DNA of 63,437 nt, filler included, from Reclinomonas americana ATCC 50394 (lineage: Eukaryota): NCBI GenBank assembly GCA_048213135.1. It is 16 parts of 16 records of this genome, joined end to end, with 100 filler letters (N's around TTAATTAATTAA, not from the genome) between each part and the next. Parts side by side here need not be neighbours in the genome. Positions count along the whole stretch, not along the records: positions 61,602 to 63,437 come from AFZH01018478.1; 15 more parts are not named here. One strand, written 5' to 3'. Position 1 is the stretch's first letter, and each line of letters begins with the position of its first letter. The notes beneath the pieces are model-generated. The model was not told the origin of the DNA. It saw only the letters and a list, made by a program, of their open reading frames with translations, and ran no database searches. Positions 63,026 to 63,437 of this stretch are shown here, piece after piece. The translations under genes were made by a program, and so were the position numbers.

Positions 63026-63437
63026 CTCCATCCACTCTCTGTCGTGTTCGCCTCTCATCAGTGTGCTTATCCCCGTTCTGCTTTGCCCTCTCTGACGAAG
63101 AGGAGAGAGGTGTCTTGTTCATCTCCTCCTCATTCTCAACCCCCTTCCTTCTTGTTCCTTTGCATCTCCTTGCTTCCTCTCCACTTCATCGGAATGTCTT
63201 CTCCTCTTCTTTCTCCTCCTCCCGCATCACCTCAATCTTCGAGGAATGTGGATTACAGTTCGCTTCTCGATCACTGACTTCTATTGAACCATGCGCCTTG
63301 TGTTGCTTGCTGAGCATGTCATTTCGTTATCGTCATCACACTTGCTGCTTTATTCCAGACTTAAAACCACCACCTCCTTGTCATCCTCCGCCGCCTCACT
63401 GTCCTATTCCTCGTGGCCTTCCCCTCACCCCCCTCCC

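Overview
This is intron-rich, GC-rich eukaryotic (protist-like) genomic DNA. It consists of 16 pieces joined by 15 artificial 100-nt N/TTAATTAATTAA linkers, and several genes continue across the linkers. Recognisable spliced genes are AP-3 delta, pirin, a Crinkler/RHS-type NTPase+nuclease, maspardin, a longin protein, two secreted matrixin starts, an RCC1-repeat protein, an ankyrin protein, an EEF2KMT-like methyltransferase and a protein with degenerate HMA-like domains; several more are hypothetical. The standout is a tandem array (about 40.1-50.6 kb) of at least seven intronless WD40 genes. They vary strongly at top-face positions, share segments in a patchwork, end in a conserved non-WD40 tail, and three copies are disrupted, one by a TXNDC9-like gene fragment. 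This resembles a diversifying recognition system. Also notable are a frequent shifted 5' splice-site class (GTTGCG) and a dispersed ~120-bp element lying upstream of genes. All calls come from reading the sequence by eye; no searches were run.
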